From an uncultured Cytophagales bacterium (GTDB taxonomy: Bacteria > Bacteroidota > Bacteroidia > Cytophagales > JAAEPT01), in assembly GCA_964350605.1 (NCBI GenBank), contig CAYGKP010000003.1:1-37681 (forward strand): a DNA stretch of 37,681 bases, in the 5' to 3' direction. The notes under the pieces were generated by a model, which did not search any database, was not told the DNA's origin, and saw nothing but the letters and a program-made list of their open reading frames with translations. The translations under genes were made by a program, and so were the position numbers. Positions 22,390 to 31,208 of the stretch are shown here, one piece after another (within the stretch, counting starts at the first letter, position 1; each line of letters opens with the position of its first letter).

Positions 22390-25284
22390 ATGAGGGCTTC
22401 CGTTCTTCGGTACGGGTTGTTGATTGGGGCATTTTTTGTCCTAAGTACCTCGGTGTGGGCGCAGCGTGAACGCGAGCAGATTCGCGAGTTAACCCGGCGG
22501 GGCGACAGCTATACAAACACCGCTGATTACTTTCTGGCTGCCGAGGCCTACGCCGAGGCATTGGCGTTGGATGAGAGCAACAGCAACCTGCGTTGGAAGC
22601 TTGCCAACACCTACTACGCCTATTCAGATTACGAAAGTGCTAAGGTCGAATTTCGAAAACTATTCGAACAAGACGAGGCTGATTTTCCCCTAGCCCGATT
22701 CTATTATGCGGTGCTTTTGATGTTCGATGGACGCTATCAAGAGTCGCTTGAGCAATTCGTAATACTAAAGGAGATCTACAAGCCCACTGGTTCTACCGAT
22801 CACATACCTGACCTGATTCGGTTGTATACCGAAAACGTGCAGTTCGCGATTGAGGAAAGCAAAAAGCCACTTCGGCAGATCGAATACAGCCTGTTGCCCA
22901 CACCCGTAAACAGCGAGTTCTCGGACTTTGGGGCGGTGTTCTGGGAGCATGACAGCTCCATTGTCATCACCAGTGCCAGAAAGGAGAATGAAGGCGACCG
23001 GACCTATGGCCGATTGGGTGGCGGCTTTACCGACAACCTGCGGTTTCGTAAAACCGAATCCGGCTGGGAAGAAGTGCCGCCAGGTGATCAAAAATTTGAA
23101 AAGCTGAACACAAAATACAATGATGGGGCGGGGGTGTTCAATGCCGCGAAAGACAAGTACTACTTCACCATCTGTGACGAGGAGAACAAGCAGACCGGTG
23201 ACCTGAATTGTGCCATCTACGTCTCACGACTAGAAGGCGGCGAGTGGAGCAAAGCGGAAAAACTGAACAAAAACATCAACTCGCCGGGCGATTGGAATGC
23301 GCAGCCCTCGCTGAACTTTGCAGGTGACACAATGTACTTTGTTTCAAAGCGCGAAGGCGGATACGGTTTCCACGACATTTATTACAGCGTCAATGGTGGG
23401 GGCGAAAACTGGGGCAAGCCCGTCAACCTGGGCGAGAACGTCAATACTGCCTACTACGACTTAAGCCCCTGCTACTACGCCAAGGAAGGCATCTTGTTGT
23501 TCTCCTCTTCGGGTCGACAAGGCTTTGGGGGCATGGACATTTTCATGGCTCGCGGGAAGAACTTCGAGGAAGTGACCAACATTGGCCTGCCTTTCAACTC
23601 TTCGATGGATGACTTCTACTTCGTGCTCGGTGAGAAGCGGGGTTATCTGACTTCCAACCGCGCGGGTGGGATTGGCAATGATGACATCTACGTCTTCAAC
23701 ATCGAAAGCAAAGAGAGCCTCATTGCCTTGATCGACAAGGACTCGCTGGGCACCGAAGAGCTCATCAGCCTACGGGGACGTCTGTTGGATGATGACGGAA
23801 CACCAGCCGAAGACCTTGTTGTACTGCTTCGCGATGCGGAAACTGGCGAGTTGATCGCCCGAACGACCTCGGATCCCCTTGGAGAATACCAATTTGATTC
23901 CTTGCCACCGACGCGCAGTTACGAAGTGCTTCTGCAGGACGGGACGGTCATCACCGAACCGAACGAAATCACCGCCGAGCCGATTGAGATTTTCTTGACC
24001 AACCCCAACAAGATTCGAGAGGCGGGCATCGACCCCGAACTTCTTGACCCGAAGGATCCGCGCCCCAAGGACCCGGTGGGCAAAGATCCAGTTGTCAAGG
24101 ACCCCGTTGCAAAAGACCCAACGGTGGCTACCAACACCAGCCCAAAGAATCAAGGGCGGGGGCGCATCCTGTTCGAGCACATCTATTTCGATTTCGATAA
24201 GGATGTTCTGCGTCCTGAAGCGAAAAAGATTCTGGATGCAGTGGGAAGCTACTTACGCGACCACCCCGAGGTGACACTGGAAATCCAAGCAAACACCGAC
24301 AGTTACGGCTCGAACGAATACAACGTCGGGCTGGCCCAGCGCCGAGGTTCGGCGGCTCAAAAGTACCTGCGAAAGGCAGGTCTCTCGACCGATCGGATGC
24401 GCGTGGTACCCCAAGGCGAGGTCAAGCCGATCGCCACCAACCAGAACCCCATCGGTCGTCAGTTGAATCGCCGGGTTGAGTTTTATGTGTTAGGCGCAGG
24501 ACGGACACACGAGCCCGAAGCAATGATTTATGTGGTCGAGCCCAACTCGAACCTCAACCAGATTGCGGGACGTTTCAACATGAGTGTTGAAGAGTTGCGC
24601 CGCTTGAACGATCTACCAAGTGCCGAGGTAGTTGCCTACCAACCCTTGCGTGTGCGCCGGACGGGTGATGCGGACATCATCTCGCCCGTCACCCTGCAAT
24701 ACGTTGGGGGTACACGCAAATCGGGCAACAATCCAACGGTTCAGAGTGGCGGCCCGGATCCCATGGCGATGTTTGCGCCACGTTCGCTGTCGGCCATCGA
24801 CGGGCAGGTGTTCTTTGATGATCCTTACAACCAGAACGTCAAGTACAAAGAGAAGGACGGGACTGGTTACACGACCGTATTGCCCCGCAATACTTTGTAT
24901 TCGATCGCCAAGATTCACGGCACGACCCCAGAGGAGCTCCGCAAGTTGAATAACTTGAAGAATGACCGAATCTACTTTGGCCAGCGCCTTCGGGTGCGAA
25001 AGGATGTGGCCGCAGTGCCCAGCGGCTATGATAACAGTGATGACATTCCGAACGTGGGCATCACCATCTCCGAACAATACGGCCAGATTGTCCAGATCGG
25101 TACTACCACGCGCTATGTGGTCAAGGGCGGCGACACGTTCTACTCCATTGCCAAGCGCTTTAAGATGGACTTTGAGCAGCTGCGCCTGCTCAATCACCTA
25201 CCGAACTACCAACTGCGAATCGGCATGGTTTTGAAGGTTAACCTGCCGGAGGGTGGCGTGGAGGAGGACCCCGCCGAGGACTAG
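22390..25284 (+). CDS. PorE-like periplasmic protein: TPR + PD40 propeller + carboxypeptidase-regulatory-like + OmpA_C + three LysM domains
   Basis: Signal peptide VWA|Q, TPR helices, PD40 motifs (MYFVSKREGGYGFHDIY, LFSSSGRQGFGGMDIF), OmpA IYFDFDK...YNVGLAQRR...NRRVEF, LysM repeats (YVVEPNSNLNQIA, TLYSIAK, VVKGGDTFYSIAK). Confidence 0.92.
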   Translation: MRASVLRYGLLIGAFFVLSTSVWAQREREQIRELTRRGDSYTNTADYFLAAEAYAEALALDESNSNLRWKLANTYYAYSDYESAKVEFRKLFEQDEADFPLARFYYAVLLMFDGRYQESLEQFVILKEIYKPTGSTDHIPDLIRLYTENVQFAIEESKKPLRQIEYSLLPTPVNSEFSDFGAVFWEHDSSIVITSARKENEGDRTYGRLGGGFTDNLRFRKTESGWEEVPPGDQKFEKLNTKYNDGAGVFNAAKDKYYFTICDEENKQTGDLNCAIYVSRLEGGEWSKAEKLNKNINSPGDWNAQPSLNFAGDTMYFVSKREGGYGFHDIYYSVNGGGENWGKPVNLGENVNTAYYDLSPCYYAKEGILLFSSSGRQGFGGMDIFMARGKNFEEVTNIGLPFNSSMDDFYFVLGEKRGYLTSNRAGGIGNDDIYVFNIESKESLIALIDKDSLGTEELISLRGRLLDDDGTPAEDLVVLLRDAETGELIARTTSDPLGEYQFDSLPPTRSYEVLLQDGTVITEPNEITAEPIEIFLTNPNKIREAGIDPELLDPKDPRPKDPVGKDPVVKDPVAKDPTVATNTSPKNQGRGRILFEHIYFDFDKDVLRPEAKKILDAVGSYLRDHPEVTLEIQANTDSYGSNEYNVGLAQRRGSAAQKYLRKAGLSTDRMRVVPQGEVKPIATNQNPIGRQLNRRVEFYVLGAGRTHEPEAMIYVVEPNSNLNQIAGRFNMSVEELRRLNDLPSAEVVAYQPLRVRRTGDADIISPVTLQYVGGTRKSGNNPTVQSGGPDPMAMFAPRSLSAIDGQVFFDDPYNQNVKYKEKDGTGYTTVLPRNTLYSIAKIHGTTPEELRKLNNLKNDRIYFGQRLRVRKDVAAVPSGYDNSDDIPNVGITISEQYGQIVQIGTTTRYVVKGGDTFYSIAKRFKMDFEQLRLLNHLPNYQLRIGMVLKVNLPEGGVEEDPAED
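24031..24123 (+). repeat. Coding Pro-rich (K)DPxx repeat linker
   Basis: DPELL-DPK-DPRPK-DPVGK-DPVVK-DPVAK-DPT, with ~15-nt degenerate DNA periodicity. Confidence 0.8.
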
Positions 25285-25330
25285 CGCGGAACGGTAACGT
25301 TGCCCCATCTTTCTTGATCGATTGGTAAAC

Positions 25331-25530
25331 TTCCGATGACCGGAGGTTGATCCAAAGGCCCCTCCTTTGGGAAACCACGGGAAAGTCCTTGGAGCTACCT
25401 ACGCATCCATCCCCTTCGCCCGGTTTCGGGCCGCAGAAACCCTCAAGACCTGAGGGCGGAACACTCACCACCCCCGTACCACAACACACTACAATGCACC
25501 CTTCACCGATTCGGTGAGGGGTGTTCTGCA
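25331..25530 (+). ncRNA. Candidate structured sRNA or 5' leader
   Basis: Consecutive hairpins 25352-25370, 25375-25392, 25418-25431 and 25440-25456, a C/A-rich unpaired tract 25461-25494, and a 13-bp hairpin 25496-25524. Confidence 0.3.
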
Positions 25531-25555
25531 TTACGGACCTTTCCAATCCCCAGCC

Positions 25556-26416
25556 ATGACACCCAAATCACTACCCAAACGCCCGCTCGACCTTCTGGTG
25601 CTCTCCGACATCCACCTGGGGACTTACGGGTGCCGCGCTAAAGAACTCTTGCGTTACCTAAAGAGTGTCGATCCCGAACAGGTCGTGCTCAACGGCGACA
25701 TCATCGACATGTGGCAGTTCCGCAAGCGGTATTTTCCCAAGAGCCACATGAAGGTGGTCAAACACTTTATGGGCTGGCTTTCGAAGGGTAAGACCGTGCA
25801 TTACGTGACGGGCAACCACGACGAGATGCTTCGCAAGTTTGAAGGGTTTCAGATGGGCAGTTTGAAGATCGTCAACAAGCTGGTCCTGGAACTCGATGGC
25901 AAGAAAGCCTGGGTATTTCACGGAGACGTATTTGATGTGACAATGAAACACGCCAAGTGGCTTACCAAGCTCGGGGCAATCAGCTACGACTTATTGATCC
26001 TCCTGAATGGGGGCATTAATGCGGTGGCCAAAGCCATGGGTCGAGAGCGGGTCTCACTCTCCAAAAAGATCAAGAACTCGGTGAAGAGCGCAGTCAAGTA
26101 CATTAACAACTTCGAGGAGGCCGCGGCGAACGTGGCCATTGCAAAGGGCTATGATTACATCGTCTGTGGCCACATCCACCAACCCGCCCATCGCACCATC
26201 GAGGGGAAGGAGGGCTCGGTGGTCTATCTCAATTCGGGCGACTGGATCGAGAACCTGACCGCCTTGGAGTATGCGGGCGGAACTTGGCGCGTTTACGAGC
26301 ATGAACGCGACATGCGCGTACCATTCGAGAGTGTACTTTCCGACGAAGAGCCTCTAAAATCGTCTAAAGAGCTATTTGGGGATCTGGTGCAACAGTTTGC
26401 TATGGCCAGTCGTTAA
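25556..26416 (+). CDS. Calcineurin-like metallophosphoesterase (UDP-2,3-diacylglucosamine diphosphatase-like family)
   Basis: SDIHLG, LNGDIID, GNHD, HGD, CGHIH and NSGDWIE motifs. ATG 25556 preferred. Confidence 0.9.
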   Translation: MTPKSLPKRPLDLLVLSDIHLGTYGCRAKELLRYLKSVDPEQVVLNGDIIDMWQFRKRYFPKSHMKVVKHFMGWLSKGKTVHYVTGNHDEMLRKFEGFQMGSLKIVNKLVLELDGKKAWVFHGDVFDVTMKHAKWLTKLGAISYDLLILLNGGINAVAKAMGRERVSLSKKIKNSVKSAVKYINNFEEAAANVAIAKGYDYIVCGHIHQPAHRTIEGKEGSVVYLNSGDWIENLTALEYAGGTWRVYEHERDMRVPFESVLSDEEPLKSSKELFGDLVQQFAMASR

Positions 26417-26442
26417 GCAAAAAGCAGATGAGTAGGATTGCT

Positions 26443-26450
26443 TATCTTTG
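26443..26450 (+). promoter_or_regulatory. -7 promoter element for small lipoprotein gene
   Basis: TATCTTTG perfect match, 28 nt before ATG 26479. Confidence 0.7.
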
Positions 26451-26478
26451 AAGTCTGCTACTAGAACTGCTAATAACC

Positions 26479-26601
26479 ATGAAGCTGCGCGTTGTCTTTT
26501 CCTTCCTCTTGTTGTCTCTGATCATCCTGTCGTCCTGCGGCGGAAAAATCCAACAACAAACCTGGGAGCCTCATCATAACAAAAAGCCCCGCACCCGCTA
26601 A
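26479..26601 (+). CDS. 40-aa small lipoprotein (not in ORF track)
   Basis: Hand translation gives MKLRVVFSFLLLSLIILSS|CGGKIQQQTWEPHHNKKPRTR*. Classic SPII signal with LSSC lipobox, its own promoter, and it fills the intergenic gap. Confidence 0.8.
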   Translation: MKLRVVFSFLLLSLIILSSCGGKIQQQTWEPHHNKKPRTR

Positions 26602-26614
26602 TCTGGGTGTTTCC

Positions 26615-27184
26615 TCAGGGGTGTCGCAGGTGGTGGGCTGCAGTCAACAGGCCAGCCACGCTGATTGCGTCGGTGATCTGCCCTCCCAACACCAATTCGA
26701 CAGCTGCTGGAAGCGGCAGCCGGAGTAGTTGTAGTTTCTCGGTGTCCTCTGGGTCAGCGCGGCCCTGGGTCAACCCCTCGGCGAGGTAGATATGGCCCTT
26801 CTCATCGGTCGTTGAATTCGAGAGGTGAAGGCTTAGAATTTTTGTCCATTTCTGGGCACTCAGACCCGTTTCCTCCAGCAATTCGCGCTTGGCGCTCTCC
26901 AACGGATCGATGCCCATCGGGCCACCGCCTTCCGGTAATTCCCATGAGTAGGCCTTGAGTGGGTAGCGCCATTGACCAATGAGGTAGGTGTAGCCCTCTG
27001 AGTCGATGGGCACGATGCCCAAAGCGATGTTCTGGAATTCGACTACACCATAAATGCCCTCGGTGCCGCCGGGTGTTAGGACTTCGTCTTCGCGTACGTG
27101 AATCCAGGGGTTGGCATAGACTGCTCGGCTCGAGCGAGTTTGCCAGGGGTTTCCTTCTAAGGGGAGAATTACCGAGTGGCTCAT
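26615..27184 (-). CDS. NUDIX hydrolase (ADP-ribose pyrophosphatase-like)
   Basis: QWRYP and Nudix box ELPEGG...AKRELLEETG. Confidence 0.92.
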   Translation of the reverse strand: MSHSVILPLEGNPWQTRSSRAVYANPWIHVREDEVLTPGGTEGIYGVVEFQNIALGIVPIDSEGYTYLIGQWRYPLKAYSWELPEGGGPMGIDPLESAKRELLEETGLSAQKWTKILSLHLSNSTTDEKGHIYLAEGLTQGRADPEDTEKLQLLRLPLPAAVELVLGGQITDAISVAGLLTAAHHLRHP

Positions 27185-27219
27185 ATGGGGAAGCTAGTGG
27201 CTTTTTCGTTTCTTCCCAC

Positions 27220-27870
27220 ATGAGCGGGGGGGTAGGCTGGCGCTATGCGCCGAGTGGGCAAGAAGCCGGCGTCGACGAAGTAGGTCGAGGTTGTTTGGCA
27301 GGGCCTGTTGTGGCCGCCGCGGTGATCTTGCCGATGAACCCTTGCCTCCCGGGACTGGCCGATTCAAAACAACTGTCCGAAGCTCGCCGGGAGGTACTCG
27401 CCCAACAGATCCGTGAATGTGCCCAGGCCTGGGCCGTAGCCGCCATTCCACCCCAACAGATCGACCGGGTGAACATCCTACAAGCCACGTTCGAGGCGAT
27501 GCACGGCGCGATTGATCAATTGCAGGTCCGCCCCGACCTGCTTTTGGTCGATGGCAATCGATTCCGCCCCTACCCAACCATTCCTCACCAATGCATCGTG
27601 AAGGGCGATAGTAAGTTCGCCGCCATTGCCGCGGCTTCGATCTTGGCAAAGACCACCCGCGATGCGCTGATGAAAGAACTACACGAAACGTGGCCGGTTT
27701 ACAACTGGGCCAGAAACGTCGGCTACCCGACCGTGGAACACCGAACGGCCATCGCTCGGCACGGTGCCTGCGAACATCACCGCCAGTCGTTTCGACTCCT
27801 TGCCGAATCAACCGATCCAACCCATGAAACAACTCCCCCTACACGCCCTTCACGAAGCACACGGGGCTAA
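27220..27870 (+). CDS. rnhB: Ribonuclease HII
   Basis: AGVDEVGRGCLAGPVVAAAVIL, DSK, VDGN and KGD...IAAASILAK motifs. ATG 27220 chosen. Confidence 0.95.
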   Translation: MSGGVGWRYAPSGQEAGVDEVGRGCLAGPVVAAAVILPMNPCLPGLADSKQLSEARREVLAQQIRECAQAWAVAAIPPQQIDRVNILQATFEAMHGAIDQLQVRPDLLLVDGNRFRPYPTIPHQCIVKGDSKFAAIAAASILAKTTRDALMKELHETWPVYNWARNVGYPTVEHRTAIARHGACEHHRQSFRLLAESTDPTHETTPPTRPSRSTRG

Positions 27871-28897
27871 GTTTGTGCCCTTCGCGGGGTACGAAATGCC
27901 GGTTCGCTATCGCTCGGAGATTCAAGAACACCTGGCCGTTCGCGAACACGTGGGTCTTTTCGACGTGTCTCACATGGGCCAGTTCTTAGTCGAGGGTCCG
28001 GGGGCCTTGCCTTTGCTGTCCCAAGTCTTCGCGGGGGCGGTGCGTTTTTTGAAGCCGGGCCAGTCCCGCTACGGGGTGATGTGCAACGAGCAGGGGGGCG
28101 TGATTGACGAGTTGATTCTCTCGTGTCTGGCCCCTGAAGAGTATTTGCTGGTGGTAAACGCCGCCCGCCGCGTGGTGGATTGGGAGTGGATTTCAGATCA
28201 CAACACGTTTGATGCGCGCCTAACCGATTTGAGCGAAGAGCTAGCTCTATTGGCGGTACAGGGTCCTCGATCATTTGAAGTGCTTGATCAGGTGTTCAAC
28301 GGGTTTCTCTCGCCGAGCGTCCCGACTTTTTCGATCCAGTCGACCAAATGGCAGGGGACCTCGCTGTGGGTGTCTGTCACGGGTTATACCGGCGAGCCGG
28401 GCGTGGAGTTGCTCGTTCCAACTTCGATTGCGATGCCACTGGCCGAGGCAATTTTGGCTGCAGGCAAGCCCTATGATATGGGACTCTGTGGACTTGCTGC
28501 GCGCGATACGCTGCGTTTGGAGCGGGGCTACTGTCTGTATGGACAGGACCTTAGCGAAGAAACTACGCCGTTGGAGGCAGGGCTCAATTGGACAGTGGAT
28601 TTAAGCAAGTCCTTCATTGGTCAGCAAGTGCTGCAAGCCCAAAAGGACGAAGGACTGACTACCCGGTTGCGGGGCCTTCGCCTGCTGGAGCGGGGCATTC
28701 CTCGACCCGGTTGGGAGATTCGAACCGAGGCGGGCGAAGTGATCGGAACGCTGACCTCCGGTGGGTTTGGGGTCAGCCTTGGGTTCGGCATCGGCATGGG
28801 GTATTTGCCCACTGAGTGGGCCAAAGAAGGCACCGAGCTGGTCGTCGGCCACGGCGAGCGAGCGTTTGCGGCGCAAGTCGTACGGCCCCCGTTCTAA
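27824..28897 (+). CDS. gcvT: Glycine cleavage system aminomethyltransferase T
   Basis: FAGYEMPV, LFDVSHMG, TGYTGE, GLAARDTLRLE and TPLEAGL motifs. ATG 27824 overlaps the rnhB tail. Confidence 0.93.
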   Translation: MKQLPLHALHEAHGAKFVPFAGYEMPVRYRSEIQEHLAVREHVGLFDVSHMGQFLVEGPGALPLLSQVFAGAVRFLKPGQSRYGVMCNEQGGVIDELILSCLAPEEYLLVVNAARRVVDWEWISDHNTFDARLTDLSEELALLAVQGPRSFEVLDQVFNGFLSPSVPTFSIQSTKWQGTSLWVSVTGYTGEPGVELLVPTSIAMPLAEAILAAGKPYDMGLCGLAARDTLRLERGYCLYGQDLSEETTPLEAGLNWTVDLSKSFIGQQVLQAQKDEGLTTRLRGLRLLERGIPRPGWEIRTEAGEVIGTLTSGGFGVSLGFGIGMGYLPTEWAKEGTELVVGHGERAFAAQVVRPPF

Positions 28898-28920
28898 CGG
28901 CGATTCCGTAAGTTTGTACG

Positions 28921-29691
28921 ATGCGTAGTGTTGATGTGTGTTTGACGCCCGAATTGCTGCACCTCTATGGGGTCAGCGGGAAGACTGTGGTGGTCATCGA
29001 CATCCTTCGGGCCACCTCTTGCATGGTAACTGCCATGGCTCACGGCGTGAAGGAAATCATTCCGGTCATCGGCGTGGACGAATGCCGCAAGTTGCAGCAG
29101 AGTGGCTGTATCGGGGCAGGCGAGCGCGACGGCAAACGTCTGGACGGTTTTGAAATCGGTAACTCCCCTTTTAGCTACATGGAGGCCGAGGTCAAGGAAC
29201 GGACTGTGGCCATGACGACTACAAACGGAACCTTGGCCATTCGCCGCTCGCGCGATGCAGAGCGCATCTTGATCGGCAGCTTTTTGAACATTTCCGCGGT
29301 GGTGGAAGTCCTCAAGGCCCAGGAACACGACGTACTTCTCCTCTGCGCAGGGTGGAAGGGCAAAGCCAACTTGGAGGACACACTGTTCGCTGGGGCAGTG
29401 GTCGATCTGTTGAAAGGCGACTTCAATATTGAGCATGACAGTGCTCTAATGGCCCACGTCCTCTACGAACAGACCAAGGACGACATGATGGGCTTCCTCC
29501 AGCAATCCTCGCACGTACGTCGATTGGGTCGTTTGGATATCCAGAAGGACATCGACTTTTGCTTGCAACGCGATGTGTATGCTGAAGTGCCGGTCCTAGA
29601 CGGCGAAGTGATCGTCAAGCTCGATGTGAACGCGGCAAACGCCACGACCCAGGCGGGGACCAAGACGCGCAGCCTACGGCCCAGCGCGTAA
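28921..29691 (+). CDS. comB: 2-phosphosulfolactate phosphatase family protein
   Basis: VVIDILRATS, GERDG, GNSP, TTTNGT and LEDTLFAG motifs. Confidence 0.9.
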   Translation: MRSVDVCLTPELLHLYGVSGKTVVVIDILRATSCMVTAMAHGVKEIIPVIGVDECRKLQQSGCIGAGERDGKRLDGFEIGNSPFSYMEAEVKERTVAMTTTNGTLAIRRSRDAERILIGSFLNISAVVEVLKAQEHDVLLLCAGWKGKANLEDTLFAGAVVDLLKGDFNIEHDSALMAHVLYEQTKDDMMGFLQQSSHVRRLGRLDIQKDIDFCLQRDVYAEVPVLDGEVIVKLDVNAANATTQAGTKTRSLRPSA

Positions 29692-29714
29692 ACAAGCACC
29701 CATCCCTTTCCTTC

Positions 29715-30785
29715 TTATTGAAGCGGCACCATCCAGCCGAGCTCGTCGGCGACGAGGCCCATTTTCACGTCGCTCAGGTATTGCAACGCGCGCTGTGAGA
29801 AACCACGTTTCTCTACCGGCGGCAAATCATAGTCTTTCCCTCCGAAGTTAATCGTCGAGATGGGCGAGATGGTCGCTGCCGTGCCCGTTCCGAAGGCATC
29901 GTTGAGCTTGCCGACCTCGTGAGCGGCAATGACTTCCTCGACACTGATATCCCGCTCTTCGAACGGAACACCCCAGTGGGCCGCGAGTTCCTTGACGCTC
30001 TGGCGGGTTACGCCTTCGAGAATCGATGAATTGTCGGTGCTCGGGGTTACGATACGTCCGTCGATTTCGAACATGACGTTCATGGTGCCCGCCTCCTCGA
30101 AGTGCTTGTGCTCGACCGAATCGGTCCACAAAATCTGCTCGTAGCCCGCCTTTTGAGCATTAAGCGTCGGCAGGAGCGAGGCAGCGTAATTGCCCCCCGT
30201 CTTGACGTTGCCGATTCCGCCGCGGCACGCACGAACGTACTTGGTCTCGACGCGAACCTTAACGGCTCCCGCATAGTAGCTCGCTACTGGCGAGGTAATG
30301 ATGAAGAACGAATAGGACTTCGAAGGCGCAACGCCCAAATGAATGTCCGTCGCGATCATGAAAGGGCGGACATACAGGCTATTGCCGGGCTTTTTTGGGA
30401 TCCAAGCTGAATCGACCTCGAGGAGTGCTTCCAGGCTTTCGAGGAAGGTTTCCTCGGGCAAAGTGGGCATGCAGAGGCGTTCGGCCGAAACGTTCAAACG
30501 GCGCGCGTGCATTTCGGGGCGGAACATCGCGATCTGCCCGCTGGGTTGGCGGAAGGCTTTCAGTCCCTCAAAAATGGATTGGCCGTAGTGGAGAACCACT
30601 GACGAGGGGTGCATCTGAATCGAGCCAAACGGCACAATGCGGGGCACACCCCACTCGCCGTTAGCGTAGTCGATACAAAGCATGTGATCGGAGAATTGGC
30701 GACCGAAGACCAACTTGTCTTCGTCCAATTCGCCGAGGCGCGATTGCGAGGCGCGCTCGATGTCGATATCCAGAACCCGTGCCAT
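29715..30785 (-). CDS. ilvE: Branched-chain amino acid aminotransferase
   Basis: LHYGQSIFEGLKA, LYVRPF, KTGGNYA (PLP Lys), EAGTMN, ILEGVTR and GTAA motifs. Confidence 0.96.
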   Translation of the reverse strand: MARVLDIDIERASQSRLGELDEDKLVFGRQFSDHMLCIDYANGEWGVPRIVPFGSIQMHPSSVVLHYGQSIFEGLKAFRQPSGQIAMFRPEMHARRLNVSAERLCMPTLPEETFLESLEALLEVDSAWIPKKPGNSLYVRPFMIATDIHLGVAPSKSYSFFIITSPVASYYAGAVKVRVETKYVRACRGGIGNVKTGGNYAASLLPTLNAQKAGYEQILWTDSVEHKHFEEAGTMNVMFEIDGRIVTPSTDNSSILEGVTRQSVKELAAHWGVPFEERDISVEEVIAAHEVGKLNDAFGTGTAATISPISTINFGGKDYDLPPVEKRGFSQRALQYLSDVKMGLVADELGWMVPLQ

Positions 30786-30863
30786 TTTTTAAGTAAACGA
30801 GGGCGCAAGGTAGGAAGTTTCAGGTAAGGGAAGTACAATCGAATGCCCTCTTCCTGGTGAAAA

Positions 30864-31208
30864 TCAAGGCTTCAGCTTGGGATGCTGCTTGTGGCGGTCC
30901 TTGTCGCGCTGGGTCTTTTTCGCCAGGCTGGCGGTGAGGGCCTCCTCCAGGTTGGTGCCCGTCTGGTTGGCTAGACAGATCAGCACGAAAAGGATGTCGG
31001 CCATCTCCTCGCCCAAATCCCTGCTGGCTTCCTCGGCGTTCTTGAACGATTGCTCGCCATACTTGCGCGCAATCAAGCGGGCCAATTCACCCACCTCTTC
31101 GGTCAGTAAGGCCATGTTTGTCAGCTCGTTGAAATAGCGAACGCCGTGGGTTTGAATCCACTCATCGACGATGGATTGGGCTTCCGATAGGGTCATTGTG
31201 GTACTCAT
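30864..31208 (-). CDS. MazG-like nucleotide pyrophosphohydrolase (YpjD type)
   Basis: LTEEVGELAR...YGEQSFK...EEMADILFV. Confidence 0.92.
   Translation of the reverse strand: MSTTMTLSEAQSIVDEWIQTHGVRYFNELTNMALLTEEVGELARLIARKYGEQSFKNAEEASRDLGEEMADILFVLICLANQTGTNLEEALTASLAKKTQRDKDRHKQHPKLKP

Noticed and set aside
24031-24123. Short periodic DNA repeats as a CRISPR array or VNTR
   Set aside because: Degenerate in-frame coding repeats of ~15 nt with no spacers and no cas genes
25369-25452. Cobalamin riboswitch or RNase P similarity (GGGAA, GGAAAGTCC, AAGACCTG)
   Set aside because: Only isolated short words match. The B12-box/GCxACTG core and RNase P length and P4 partner are absent
25238-25546. 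102-aa minus-strand ORF (and a ~56-codon plus-strand TTG ORF) in the spacer
   Set aside because: No motifs or convincing start context. The minus ORF overlaps the end of the OmpA/LysM gene
25556-26416. Assigning the symbol lpxH
   Set aside because: The GNHD motif and overall pattern fit the broader LpxH-like phosphoesterase group. True lipid A function cannot be shown from sequence
17288-31208. EEP nuclease, NUDIX and MazG-like genes as an anti-phage defence system
   Set aside because: They are dispersed, in housekeeping contexts and typical of Bacteroidota core genomes. There is no defence-type operon structure
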